Shown: one piece after another, positions 52,382 through 61,004 of the stretch
How the letters are laid out: each line of letters starts with the position of its first letter
Numbering within the stretch: position 1 is the stretch's first letter
DNA from: Pseudomonadota bacterium
GTDB taxonomy: Bacteria > Pseudomonadota > Gammaproteobacteria > Burkholderiales > Methylophilaceae
Direction: 5' to 3'
DNA length: 64,000 nt
Assembly: GCA_029569495.1 (NCBI GenBank)
Contig: JAKQTB010000118.1
Location: 3,628-67,627 of the forward strand
Notes under the pieces: generated by a model
The model's input: only the letters and a program-made list of their open reading frames with translations
Databases searched by the model: none
What the model was told of the DNA's origin: nothing
Made by a program: the position numbers and the translations under genes

Positions 52382-52858
52382 ATGGTTCATTTGATTAAAA
52401 AGCGTTTTATTGTTACAGCAGCCGTGCTGTGTGGTTTTGTGTTACCTCAGTATGGTAGTGCTTCGGCCTTAATGCCGACGCAAGCGCAAAATGAAAGTGG
52501 CGTGACCTATATCACTGGCGGTATTGCTGAAGAAGCTGAGATGATGCGGAGTGTCGCTAAAAACTACACATTAGAAATGGCGTTTGTACAAAAGCTTAAA
52601 CAACAAGAAGAATTTATCTCTGAAGTAACCGTTAAGCTCATCAACGCCAAAAAAGACGTTGTACTGGACACCATTACCAAAGGGCCTTATTTATATGTGA
52701 ATGTGCCGTCTGGGCGTTACACAATTGTTGCCGAGTTTAATGGGGTAGAAAAACACCAGCAGGTCGTGGTCAATGCTAAAAAACATCAAAAAGTAGTATT
52801 TTGGTGGCCTATTACTGAGTTGCCGCAGCCGGAAGATCGTTCAGAGCCCATTGAATAA
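52382..52858 (+). CDS. secreted carboxypeptidase-regulatory-like domain protein (tentative)
   Basis: Signal peptide after ATG 52382 with an AAGGA RBS. Contains the PSGRYTIVAEFNG beta-sandwich-like motif. Confidence 0.5.
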   Translation: MVHLIKKRFIVTAAVLCGFVLPQYGSASALMPTQAQNESGVTYITGGIAEEAEMMRSVAKNYTLEMAFVQKLKQQEEFISEVTVKLINAKKDVVLDTITKGPYLYVNVPSGRYTIVAEFNGVEKHQQVVVNAKKHQKVVFWWPITELPQPEDRSEPIE

Positions 52859-52915
52859 AAGTAGTTGAACTATAACGAGATTGAATAAAAGAAAACTAAC
52901 AAAAGGAGAATAAAA

Positions 52916-53230
52916 ATGGATTTGTCTAACAAAAATGCAAGTAAAGACCAATTGGTGAGTGATTTTAAAGTGGTGGTGGCTGATGCTGAAGCGCTGTTGA
53001 AAGCTACCGCGAGCCAAGGGGGTGAAAAAGTGGCGGAAGTGCGTGCAAAAGCAGAAAAATCACTCCATGCCGCAAAAATTGCCCTAGCTGAAGCGCAATC
53101 TGTGGTGGTTGAAAAATCAAAAGAAGCGGCAAAAGCCACTGATGTTTATGTGCATGACCATCCTTGGAAATCAATTGGTTTTGCTGCCAGCGTGGGCTTG
53201 GTGGTTGGCTTGCTTATTGGCCGTAAATAG
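52916..53230 (+). CDS. YqjD/ElaB-family (DUF883) membrane-anchored stress protein
   Basis: C-terminal HPWKSIGFAASVGLVVGLLIGR anchor and a helical N-terminal region. Confidence 0.75.
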   Translation: MDLSNKNASKDQLVSDFKVVVADAEALLKATASQGGEKVAEVRAKAEKSLHAAKIALAEAQSVVVEKSKEAAKATDVYVHDHPWKSIGFAASVGLVVGLLIGRK

Positions 53231-53254
53231 TTTATTTGCTGACGAGGCGATTAA

Positions 53255-53635
53255 ATGGCTGAGGACAGCAGGGGGTTGTTTGACTCGCTGACCGCGTTTG
53301 CAAGTACTTTAGTCAGTATTGCGCATACGCGGTTGGCGTTGTTATCGAATGATTTAGAAGAAGATCGCGCCCGTTTATTTTCGTTGGTTTTGCTCTATGT
53401 TGCCGCGATGTTTTTTATGATTGTGGGCGTGGTGCTCGCCATTATTTTAGTGGTCTACATCTTGTGGGAAAGTCATCGATTGTTGGCGCTTTCTTCTTTA
53501 GCAGGCCTATTTTTGCTGTTAGGCGTTGGCCTTTGCATCACTGCATTGCGAAAATCCAAAACAAAACCTAAATTGTTTTCATCAAGTTTGTCTGAGTTGG
53601 TTAAAGATAAAGATAGGCTAGATGCGCATGAATAA
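53255..53635 (+). CDS. YqjE-like two-TM membrane protein
   Basis: Follows the yqjD-like gene. Two TM helices. Confidence 0.55.
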   Translation: MAEDSRGLFDSLTAFASTLVSIAHTRLALLSNDLEEDRARLFSLVLLYVAAMFFMIVGVVLAIILVVYILWESHRLLALSSLAGLFLLLGVGLCITALRKSKTKPKLFSSSLSELVKDKDRLDAHE

Positions 53636-53918
53636 AAAGCTCAAAGCATTGGCTGATAGGCGTGAGCGATTACTTCGTGATTCTGATTTGCAGCGCGAGC
53701 AACTCGCCGGCGCTGTCAATGGATTACGCGCACCGCTTGCGTTGGTAGACCAAGGGGTGGCGTTGATTGGTTTTTTTAAGAAGCACCCAGTATTACTTGC
53801 AAGCAGCAGTGCGCTGATGTTCAAAGTATTGCGGCCAAGTCGGCTGGGAAAATGGCTAAGTCGCGGATTATTTGCTTGGCAGATGGCGCGTAAGCTACAT
53901 TCTAAATTTTTGGCTTAG
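53622..53918 (+). CDS. YqjK-like protein
   Basis: Overlaps the end of the yqjE-like gene. Position and size match the yqjD-E-K arrangement. Confidence 0.45.
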   Translation: MRMNKKLKALADRRERLLRDSDLQREQLAGAVNGLRAPLALVDQGVALIGFFKKHPVLLASSSALMFKVLRPSRLGKWLSRGLFAWQMARKLHSKFLA

Positions 53919-53928
53919 GGGCAAAGCG

Positions 53929-54495
53929 TTGGATATTGCGCCGGCTGGTCATCGCACTTGCTTATATCAAAGTGAGCAATTGGAGGCCGTATTGGATCAA
54001 ATGGCTTGGCAAGCGGCAGGGTATTTGGCAGGAAAACAGCGCGTCATGATTGTTGGAATTTTACGACGCGGCGCGCCTTTAGCGCAAATGCTGCATAACA
54101 GGCTGGTGCGTAAGTTTGATATGGCGCATGTTGAATTGATGCACTTGCAAATTAAGCGCTATGCAGATGATTTAACTTTACTTCACCCAGAAACCCAGCT
54201 GACTGAAAACCCGATGCAGGCAACATTGAATCTCGCACATACTTCGGTGCTGGTGGTGGATGATGTGATGTATCACGGGCATTCCATGCTGCGTGCAGTG
54301 GAATATTTAGCCAGAAAGCAGGCGTTGGAAATTAGAACTGCGGTGCTGGTTGACCGCGGTGCGAATAAACTGCCTGTGCGGGTGGATATTACAGGCGTGA
54401 GACTGGATGTGGCACCGTCAGACATCATTGAGTGCAATGTGCCGCCTTACGAAACAAGTTTTAAAATTGACTTACTGAAGCCTAGTATCAAATAG
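53929..54495 (+). CDS. type I phosphoribosyltransferase-fold protein (PyrR-like architecture)
   Basis: PRPP motif VLVVDDVMYHGHSM. The track ORF starts at 53872, inside yqjK. TTG 53929 with an upstream AGGGG is the likely start. Confidence 0.6.
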   Translation: MDIAPAGHRTCLYQSEQLEAVLDQMAWQAAGYLAGKQRVMIVGILRRGAPLAQMLHNRLVRKFDMAHVELMHLQIKRYADDLTLLHPETQLTENPMQATLNLAHTSVLVVDDVMYHGHSMLRAVEYLARKQALEIRTAVLVDRGANKLPVRVDITGVRLDVAPSDIIECNVPPYETSFKIDLLKPSIK

Positions 54496-54506
54496 GTACC
54501 TGAGTA

Positions 54507-55136
54507 ATGTTTTATGACCGTGAAGATGCAGCCCGCCAGTTAGCTAAAAAACTAGAGCATTTGCGTGGCAAAAATCCGCTCGTGTTGGCGATTCCTCGAG
54601 GCGCTGTCAACATGGCGAAAATCATCGCCGACAAACTAAGTGGAGATTACGATGTTGTGCTGGTGCGTAAGTTACGCGCGCCCTATCAGCCGGAATTAGC
54701 CATTGGCTCAGTGGACGAAAGTGGTTGGACCTATATTGCAGATTATGCGGCTTCCGTAGGTGCTGATAATGCCTATATAGAGAATGAAAAAAATCTTCAA
54801 CTGCGTACAATTCAACAACGCCGCGCTATTTATACACCAATACGTGCGCCACTGGCGGTGGAAGGACGTGTGGTTGTGGTAGTGGATGATGGGTTGGCCA
54901 CGGGCGCCAGTATGATTGCAGCATTGCATAGTTTGAAAAACAACCATACAGCGCGACTGATTTGTGCTGTTCCTGTGTCGCCGCCAAGCACTTTAAATAA
55001 AATCGCCCAATATGCAGATGAAGTCGTTTGTTTGGCGTCACCCGATGATTTTCAGGCAGTAGGTCAATTTTACCTGAATTTTCCACAAGTGGAAGACGAT
55101 GAGGTGATTGAGATTTTAAAGGCGCCTGTAGAATAG
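54507..55136 (+). CDS. phosphoribosyltransferase-family protein
   Basis: PRPP motif VVVVDDGLATGASM. 209 aa. Confidence 0.75.
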   Translation: MFYDREDAARQLAKKLEHLRGKNPLVLAIPRGAVNMAKIIADKLSGDYDVVLVRKLRAPYQPELAIGSVDESGWTYIADYAASVGADNAYIENEKNLQLRTIQQRRAIYTPIRAPLAVEGRVVVVVDDGLATGASMIAALHSLKNNHTARLICAVPVSPPSTLNKIAQYADEVVCLASPDDFQAVGQFYLNFPQVEDDEVIEILKAPVE

Positions 55137-55176
55137 GGTTGTTGGATTTTATAGATGGAATAGCTGAAAAGATTGA

Positions 55177-55653
55177 ATGATGAAAATTAAATTATTAACA
55201 GCAGCAATGTTGTTTTCGGCATTCTTTAGTAAGGCACATGCAACCGACGTGGGCGTTTCGGTCAGTATTGGTCAACCCGGGTTTTATGGGCGAATTGATA
55301 TTGGCGATTACCCTTACCCGCCTCCGCGCGTAATTTATGGCCAGCCTAGAATTGTTGAGCGTGTGTACATAGAACGCGAGCCTATTTATTTGCGCGTTCC
55401 GCCGGGTCATGCCAAAAATTGGCCCAAGTTTTGCGGGCGATATCATGCCTGCGGTGAGCCTGTCTATTTTGTTCAGGATAACTGGTATAACAATGATTAT
55501 GCACCGCTTTACCGTGAATATCATCATGATGACAGCCATGAAGCCTATGACGACTCAAAACATGACAAGCATGAATATAAACGTCAAAACAAAGGTAAAT
55601 CAAAAGGGAAAAGTCACAAGCATTTAAGCGATGAGAGGCATCGTCATCTTTAA
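55177..55653 (+). CDS. secreted protein with His/Lys/Asp-rich C-terminal tail
   Basis: Signal peptide ending AHA, Pro-rich core and tail HHDDSHEAYDDSKHDKHEYKRQNKGKSKGKSHKH. Confidence 0.5.
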   Translation: MMKIKLLTAAMLFSAFFSKAHATDVGVSVSIGQPGFYGRIDIGDYPYPPPRVIYGQPRIVERVYIEREPIYLRVPPGHAKNWPKFCGRYHACGEPVYFVQDNWYNNDYAPLYREYHHDDSHEAYDDSKHDKHEYKRQNKGKSKGKSHKHLSDERHRHL

Positions 55654-55705
55654 GGCTATGCTTTAGCGTTATGAATTTAACTTACAATCGCTCAACAAAC
55701 CAAAC

Positions 55706-56659
55706 ATGAAATTTAAAGATTATTACGAAATTCTTGGTGTATCGCGGACGGCAACAAGTGATGAGATTAAAAAAGCTTATCGAAAACTGGCGCACCAGTA
55801 TCACCCAGATATATCAAAAGACCCTGCGGGAGAAGAAAAATTTAAAGAAATCGGTGAAGCGTATGCCACATTAAAAGACAGCGAAAAACGTGCAGCTTAT
55901 GACGCGTTAGGCAGTCACCCATCCGGCCAGGAATTCAGGCCGCCGCCAAATTGGTCAGGCAGTCAGGGTGGCCAGAGTTATTCATTTGACGACATCGATT
56001 TATCTGATTTATTTGCAAATTTTACTGGCAGGCGGCAGGGTGAGCAGCACCACGGCGGGCATAGGCCAATACCAGGTCAGGATTATGAACTTGCCATACA
56101 GATTTCACTGGAAGACGCCTATCACGGCACGATGGTTGATTTGAATTTCACCGTACCTGAATATGACAATCAAGGTCAACTCAAACGCGTTGCACATACT
56201 TTTAAAGCAAGGATTCCTAAGGGCGTGAGCCATGGCCAAAAGTTGCTACTCCGAGGTAAAGGTGGCAAAGGCGCAAATGGCGGTAAAAACGGCAACTTAT
56301 ATTTAAATATCGGCTTCATTGCGCATCCATTATTTCGTGTGGCTGAGCATGATCTGTTGATTGATTTGCCGGTTACCGTTTGGGAAGCCACTTTAGGCGC
56401 AACTGTAAAAGTGCCCACTTTAGATGGGCCAGTAAATCTTAAAATACCAGCTGGTATGAATAGCGGCAAAAAATTGCGCATCAAAGACCGTGGCTTGCCC
56501 AAGCAAAATCAAGCACATGGTGATCTTTTTGCTGTGGTACAAATTGTTGTTTCGCCCAACCCGTCTGAACAAGAAATTGCATTGATGAAACAGGTGGCGG
56601 AAATTTCAAGTTTTAATCCACGCGTGCATTTTGGATTGGATACTACAAATGAAAAATGA
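55706..56659 (+). CDS. cbpA: curved-DNA-binding DnaJ-like co-chaperone CbpA
   Basis: J-domain DYYEILGV...HPD, no zinc-finger region, followed by cbpM. Confidence 0.85.
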   Translation: MKFKDYYEILGVSRTATSDEIKKAYRKLAHQYHPDISKDPAGEEKFKEIGEAYATLKDSEKRAAYDALGSHPSGQEFRPPPNWSGSQGGQSYSFDDIDLSDLFANFTGRRQGEQHHGGHRPIPGQDYELAIQISLEDAYHGTMVDLNFTVPEYDNQGQLKRVAHTFKARIPKGVSHGQKLLLRGKGGKGANGGKNGNLYLNIGFIAHPLFRVAEHDLLIDLPVTVWEATLGATVKVPTLDGPVNLKIPAGMNSGKKLRIKDRGLPKQNQAHGDLFAVVQIVVSPNPSEQEIALMKQVAEISSFNPRVHFGLDTTNEK

Positions 56660-56981
56660 TGACGCAGAATTGTTATGGCTAGATGAGCAGCATGAAGTCA
56701 CAGCAAGCGAACTCTTAGAGCTTTCTGGCTTATCTGCAGAAGAGCTGGAATGGCTGGTAGAAGCCGGTGCCCTTAAACCTATTCGGCGTGTTCCGGCAGC
56801 GGTGACGCAGCAAAGTAATGCGTGGTGCTTTAGTGGTCAATGCCTTATTGCCATCAGAATGGTGTCAAGACTGAAGAGAGATTTTGATTTGGCACCCGAT
56901 GCGTTGAGTTTGACCTTGGTGCTTCTAGAGCGCATTCGAATGCTCGAACAACAGTTACAGCAAAAAAACTCGCAAGCATAA
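56649..56981 (+). CDS. cbpM: chaperone modulator CbpM
   Basis: MerR-like small protein overlapping the cbpA stop by 11 nt (track ORF starts at 56631). Confidence 0.7.
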   Translation: MKNDDAELLWLDEQHEVTASELLELSGLSAEELEWLVEAGALKPIRRVPAAVTQQSNAWCFSGQCLIAIRMVSRLKRDFDLAPDALSLTLVLLERIRMLEQQLQQKNSQA

Positions 56982-57062
56982 AGTACTTGGGCATAGTATT
57001 TTTAATCTTTATTATATAAAAAATACTTCTTTAAAATCCTTTAATTTAAACACAACCTTTTT

Positions 57063-57126
57063 CGATGCCCTGCGAGCCTTTATTTATAAGGCTCACAGGG
57101 CGTTATTTTTTTCTCGGACGATTTTC
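57063..57126 (+). repeat. 64-bp hairpin repeat, copy E9 (hairpin flipped)
   Basis: aacctttttcgatgccctgcgagcc-tttatttataa-ggctcacagggcgttatttttttctcgg. Confidence 0.9.
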
Positions 57127-57238
57127 GTCTATTTTTTCATGTTTTTTTCGCATTCAAAAAAAACATTTTTCCAATTAAGGTTATGTTAAGAATCGCGTTC
57201 TAGAATGCATTCACCTTTAAATAAAAAGGAGTGCAAAA

Positions 57239-57901
57239 ATGCAAACATTCACGTATCAGCGCGTAAAAATTTACGACCCAATATTACGTTTGATTCACCT
57301 TTGGAATGGGCTGGCGATTGTTTTTTTAATGGCAACAATTTGGTTGTCAGAGCTGTTTGAAAAAGGCGCAGGTGAAGACACTTTATGGCAGTTACATATT
57401 TATATTGGCTACGCATTAGTGGTGGGTGTGGTCGCGCGCTTGGTGTGGGGTTTTGTGGGGCCGCGCCATGCGAGGTTTTCAGATATGTGGCACCCAGCCG
57501 CGTGGTGGGGTGCGGTACGCCATGTTAACTTTAAAGCCATACCGCGCTTTGGGCATAACACGCTCGCCAGTGGTGCTTATTTGCTCGTGTATGGCTTGCT
57601 TGTCATCATGGCTGTGACTGGTTTAGGGCTTGCCGCCATTGAGCATAGTGCTGGGCCGTTCAATGCTTGGTTGGGTGACGCGGCTTGGTTAGAAGACTTT
57701 TTTGAAGAGCCACACGAAATTATTTACTACTTTTTAATGGGCTTTGTCGTCATCCATATCGCCGCGCTTATCTGGCATGAAACACAAGACAAAACGCCAC
57801 TGGCGCAAGCGATGGTGACAGGCTATCAATATGAAATTGAAGCCAATCCATCACCAATGACTGAAGTCAGTCATTACATTCAAGGAGAACATCATGCGTA
57901 A
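57239..57901 (+). CDS. membrane b-type cytochrome (Ni/Fe-hydrogenase cytochrome b family)
   Basis: Four TM helices and an N-terminal RLIHLWNG motif. First gene of a three-gene cytochrome operon. Confidence 0.75.
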   Translation: MQTFTYQRVKIYDPILRLIHLWNGLAIVFLMATIWLSELFEKGAGEDTLWQLHIYIGYALVVGVVARLVWGFVGPRHARFSDMWHPAAWWGAVRHVNFKAIPRFGHNTLASGAYLLVYGLLVIMAVTGLGLAAIEHSAGPFNAWLGDAAWLEDFFEEPHEIIYYFLMGFVVIHIAALIWHETQDKTPLAQAMVTGYQYEIEANPSPMTEVSHYIQGEHHA

Positions 57902-58301
57902 GTCAATGTTAATTATCGGACTTTTGTTAAGTTTTAAAACATTTGCCGCTACACCTCAAGAACTACTAAAGCAGTATGAATCGCAAGCCAAACAAGAACA
58001 TTCGGCATTTGCAGGGTTTTCTGCAGAAAAAGGCGCTACTTTCTTTAAAACAGAACGCTTACATAGCGATGGCAAAAAGGTGAGTTGCGCCACTTGCCAC
58101 ACGGCTGACCCGCGCAACCAAGGCAAAACACGCGCGAATAAAGTCATTGAGCCGATGGCGCCAATTGTTAACCCGAAACGCTTTACCGATAGAGCAAAAG
58201 TGGAAAAATGGTTTGGCCGCAATTGTAGGGATGTGCTGGAGCGCGCTTGTACCGCGCAAGAAAAAGGCGATTACGTTGCCTACATGTTAAGCATTCAATA
58301 A
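57894..58301 (+). CDS. monohaem c-type cytochrome of the SHP / cytochrome c-double-prime (DUF1924) type
   Basis: Signal peptide, a single CATCH haem motif and a C-terminal Cys pair (NCRDVLERAC). Confidence 0.6.
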   Translation: MRKSMLIIGLLLSFKTFAATPQELLKQYESQAKQEHSAFAGFSAEKGATFFKTERLHSDGKKVSCATCHTADPRNQGKTRANKVIEPMAPIVNPKRFTDRAKVEKWFGRNCRDVLERACTAQEKGDYVAYMLSIQ

Positions 58302-58313
58302 AGGAGAATCATC

Positions 58314-58826
58314 ATGAAAAACTGGATGCAATTAGTGTTACTTTTCACGAGTATCAGCGCAACAAGTGCCTTACTCGCCAGTGGCGGAATGGAAGAAGGC
58401 GGTAGAGCAATGCCTGTGGTGAGCAATGCAAAATGGGCGGCAGAGTGCAGCAGTTGCCATATGTTATACCATCCGGGCTTATTGCCAGAGCGGTCTTGGC
58501 GCAAAATGATGCTGGGCCTAGATAAACATTTTGGTGAAAACGCAAGTCTAGATGCAGCAATGCAAAAAGAGATTACCGCTTTTCTTGCTTTGAATAGTGC
58601 CGATAAACAAGATAACCGACGCGCTAAGCGCATCAATCAGTCGATTCCAGCCAATTCAACGCCATTACGCATTACTGAAACACGCTACTTTACTGATAAG
58701 CATGATGAAGTTTCTGCCAACACGTTTAAGCGTAAAAGCATCGGCAGTGCATCAAACTGCGTGGCGTGTCATAAAAATGCAGAAAAAGGTAATTTTTCAG
58801 AGTCGCAGATTAAGATTCCGCGCTAA
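58314..58826 (+). CDS. dihaem cytochrome c (DHC family)
   Basis: Signal peptide and two haem motifs, CSSCH and CVACH. Confidence 0.65.
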   Translation: MKNWMQLVLLFTSISATSALLASGGMEEGGRAMPVVSNAKWAAECSSCHMLYHPGLLPERSWRKMMLGLDKHFGENASLDAAMQKEITAFLALNSADKQDNRRAKRINQSIPANSTPLRITETRYFTDKHDEVSANTFKRKSIGSASNCVACHKNAEKGNFSESQIKIPR

Positions 58827-58835
58827 TATAAAGCC

Positions 58836-59507
58836 ATGCGAATACTGTTAGTTGAAGATGATGCCCTGTTGGGCGATGGTGTGCGGGCAGGTTTAAAGCA
58901 GGCCGGCTTTGCGGTGGATTGGTCGCAAGATGGCCAAGTGGCAAAGTTGGCACTAGAAACTGAAGAATATGCGGTGGTAGTGCTTGATTTAGGCCTGCCA
59001 AAATTAAGCGGTACAGATTTGCTTAAATGGTTGCGTGCAACGCTTTCTAAAGTGCCGGTGTTAGTGCTTACTGCGCGTGATACCGTTGCCGACCGTGTGT
59101 CTGGCTTAAATGCGGGTGCAGATGACTACTTAATTAAACCGTTTGATTTAGACGAGCTGATTGCCCGTATCAATGCGCTGTTACGTCGCAGTGCAGGCCA
59201 AGTCACGCAAAACTTACAGCATGGCAACATTATTCTGACGCCCGCCACGCATCAAGTGACGCAGCATGGTAAAAGTGTCGATCTATCAGCGCGAGAATTC
59301 ACTTTGCTGCACGAACTTCTGTTGCACGCGGGTCGCGTGCAATCGCGCGAGCAATTAGAGCAACATTTGTACGGCTGGGGTGAAGAAGTTGAAAGCAACT
59401 CGATTGAAGTGCATATTCACCACTTACGAAAAAAACTCGGCAGTGATTTGATTCGCACCTTACGTGGCGTCGGATATGTGATTGATCAGGATGCGTCCGA
59501 AAAATGA
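58836..59507 (+). CDS. OmpR-family response regulator
   Basis: Receiver domain plus winged-helix domain. Confidence 0.85.
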   Translation: MRILLVEDDALLGDGVRAGLKQAGFAVDWSQDGQVAKLALETEEYAVVVLDLGLPKLSGTDLLKWLRATLSKVPVLVLTARDTVADRVSGLNAGADDYLIKPFDLDELIARINALLRRSAGQVTQNLQHGNIILTPATHQVTQHGKSVDLSAREFTLLHELLLHAGRVQSREQLEQHLYGWGEEVESNSIEVHIHHLRKKLGSDLIRTLRGVGYVIDQDASEK

Positions 59508-60880
59508 ATTCACTAAGACTACGCTTGGTTTTATTGTTGTCCGCAGGCCTCGGCCTTGTGTGGTTGGTTGCTGCATGGTTTACGCATTTGGAATCGCGCG
59601 AAGAAATTGACCGCTTATTTGATGCACAGCTCGCGCAATCTGCCCAAGTGCTATTAGGCACTACGCGGCATGAAATACACGAGCGCATTGAGCATGGTGA
59701 AGAAGAAATTGCCATCAAACACGAGTATGAGCAAAAGTTGGCTTTTCAGATTTGGGATGAGCATGATTTATTGATGCGCTCAACTTCTGCACCCACCACG
59801 GTGATGGGCAGCAATCGGGAAGGCTTTAGCGAAGCCATCATTGATGACGCTGCTTGGCGGGTGCTCACGCGTTGGGATTCGCACCATGAATTTATGATAC
59901 AAGTGGCTGAGCCTTTATCTGGTCGCGAGGCGTTGGCGCGGCATATTACACTGAAGATGTTCATGCCTACATTTTTTGCGTTGCCCGTGCTGGCATTGCT
60001 CATTTGGTTTGGTGTGGGCGCAGGCTTAAAACCATTAAATACGCTTAAACAAGAAGTCAAACAAAGAACCGCAAATCGCCTTGAACCAGTGGCAATGACG
60101 GACGTGCCTGAAGAAGTGGCGCCTCTGATTCAGTCGTTAAATGATTTATTTGCCCGATTAGCAGAAGCCTTTGATGGCGAGCGCCGTTTTACGGCAGATG
60201 CCGCACATGAATTACGCACGCCGCTCGCAGCGCTCAAAATTCAAGCACAAGTTGCCCTGCGTGCAAAAGATGATGCAGAACGCCAAAAGGCACTAGAAAA
60301 TGTATTACACGGTGTAGACCGTGCAACTCGGCTGGTTGAGCAATTGTTAACCTTGGCTAGAGTGGACCCAGAAACTGCACTCACGCACTATCATCCGCTC
60401 GATTTGCGTGCGTTGGCGAGTGCAGTCTTGGCTAATATGGCGCCGCTCGCGCAGGCAAAAAAAATTGAGCTGCAATTGGCCGAGGGTGGCGTATGTCAGG
60501 TGGTCGGCGATGAAGATCAACTCGGGTTGTTGCTACGCAATTTATTGGACAATGCCATTCGCTACACACCAGATGGCGGCCAAGTAAGCGTGAAAGTTTA
60601 TGAAGGCCATGTGGCTGAAACTACGGTGTATGAAAGCCAAACGCCCAAAAATACTGGCACGGTACTTGAAATTACAGATACTGGGCCAGGTATTTCACCG
60701 GCAGAGCGCGAACAGGTACAAAAGCGTTTTTATCGAATTGCCGGCAGTGGCGAAGAAGGCAGCGGTTTAGGGCTGTCGATTGTGCAACGCATTGCCACGT
60801 TACATGGCGCGACGCTGGAACTTCAAGATAGGCCGCAAGGCCATGGCTTGCTGGTCAAAGTCATTTGGCCTTCAAAGTAA
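59504..60880 (+). CDS. membrane sensor histidine kinase (QseC/PmrB-like architecture)
   Basis: Two TM helices, periplasmic loop, H-box AHELRTPLAAL and an ATPase domain. ATGA overlap with the regulator gene. Confidence 0.85.
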   Translation: MNSLRLRLVLLLSAGLGLVWLVAAWFTHLESREEIDRLFDAQLAQSAQVLLGTTRHEIHERIEHGEEEIAIKHEYEQKLAFQIWDEHDLLMRSTSAPTTVMGSNREGFSEAIIDDAAWRVLTRWDSHHEFMIQVAEPLSGREALARHITLKMFMPTFFALPVLALLIWFGVGAGLKPLNTLKQEVKQRTANRLEPVAMTDVPEEVAPLIQSLNDLFARLAEAFDGERRFTADAAHELRTPLAALKIQAQVALRAKDDAERQKALENVLHGVDRATRLVEQLLTLARVDPETALTHYHPLDLRALASAVLANMAPLAQAKKIELQLAEGGVCQVVGDEDQLGLLLRNLLDNAIRYTPDGGQVSVKVYEGHVAETTVYESQTPKNTGTVLEITDTGPGISPAEREQVQKRFYRIAGSGEEGSGLGLSIVQRIATLHGATLELQDRPQGHGLLVKVIWPSK

Positions 60881-60904
60881 GGTTTTTTTCACTTTTTTCA
60901 TACC

Positions 60905-60968
60905 AACCTTTTTTGATGCTCTGCAAGCCTTATAAATAAAGGCTTGCAGAGCAGTAAAATTTTCTCGG
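60905..60968 (+). repeat. 64-bp hairpin repeat, copy E10 (perfect stem)
   Basis: aaccttttttgatgctctgcaagcc-ttataaataaa-ggcttgcagagcagtaaaattttctcgg. Confidence 0.95.
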
Positions 60969-61004
60969 CAGTTTTGCTATCTTCAGCAATGTGAAATTTT
61001 AGAG

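Noticed and set aside
53255-53635. The holin-like two-TM protein as a sign of a prophage.
   Set aside because: It sits in a yqjD-yqjE-yqjK-type arrangement, with no lysis, structural or integrase genes nearby.
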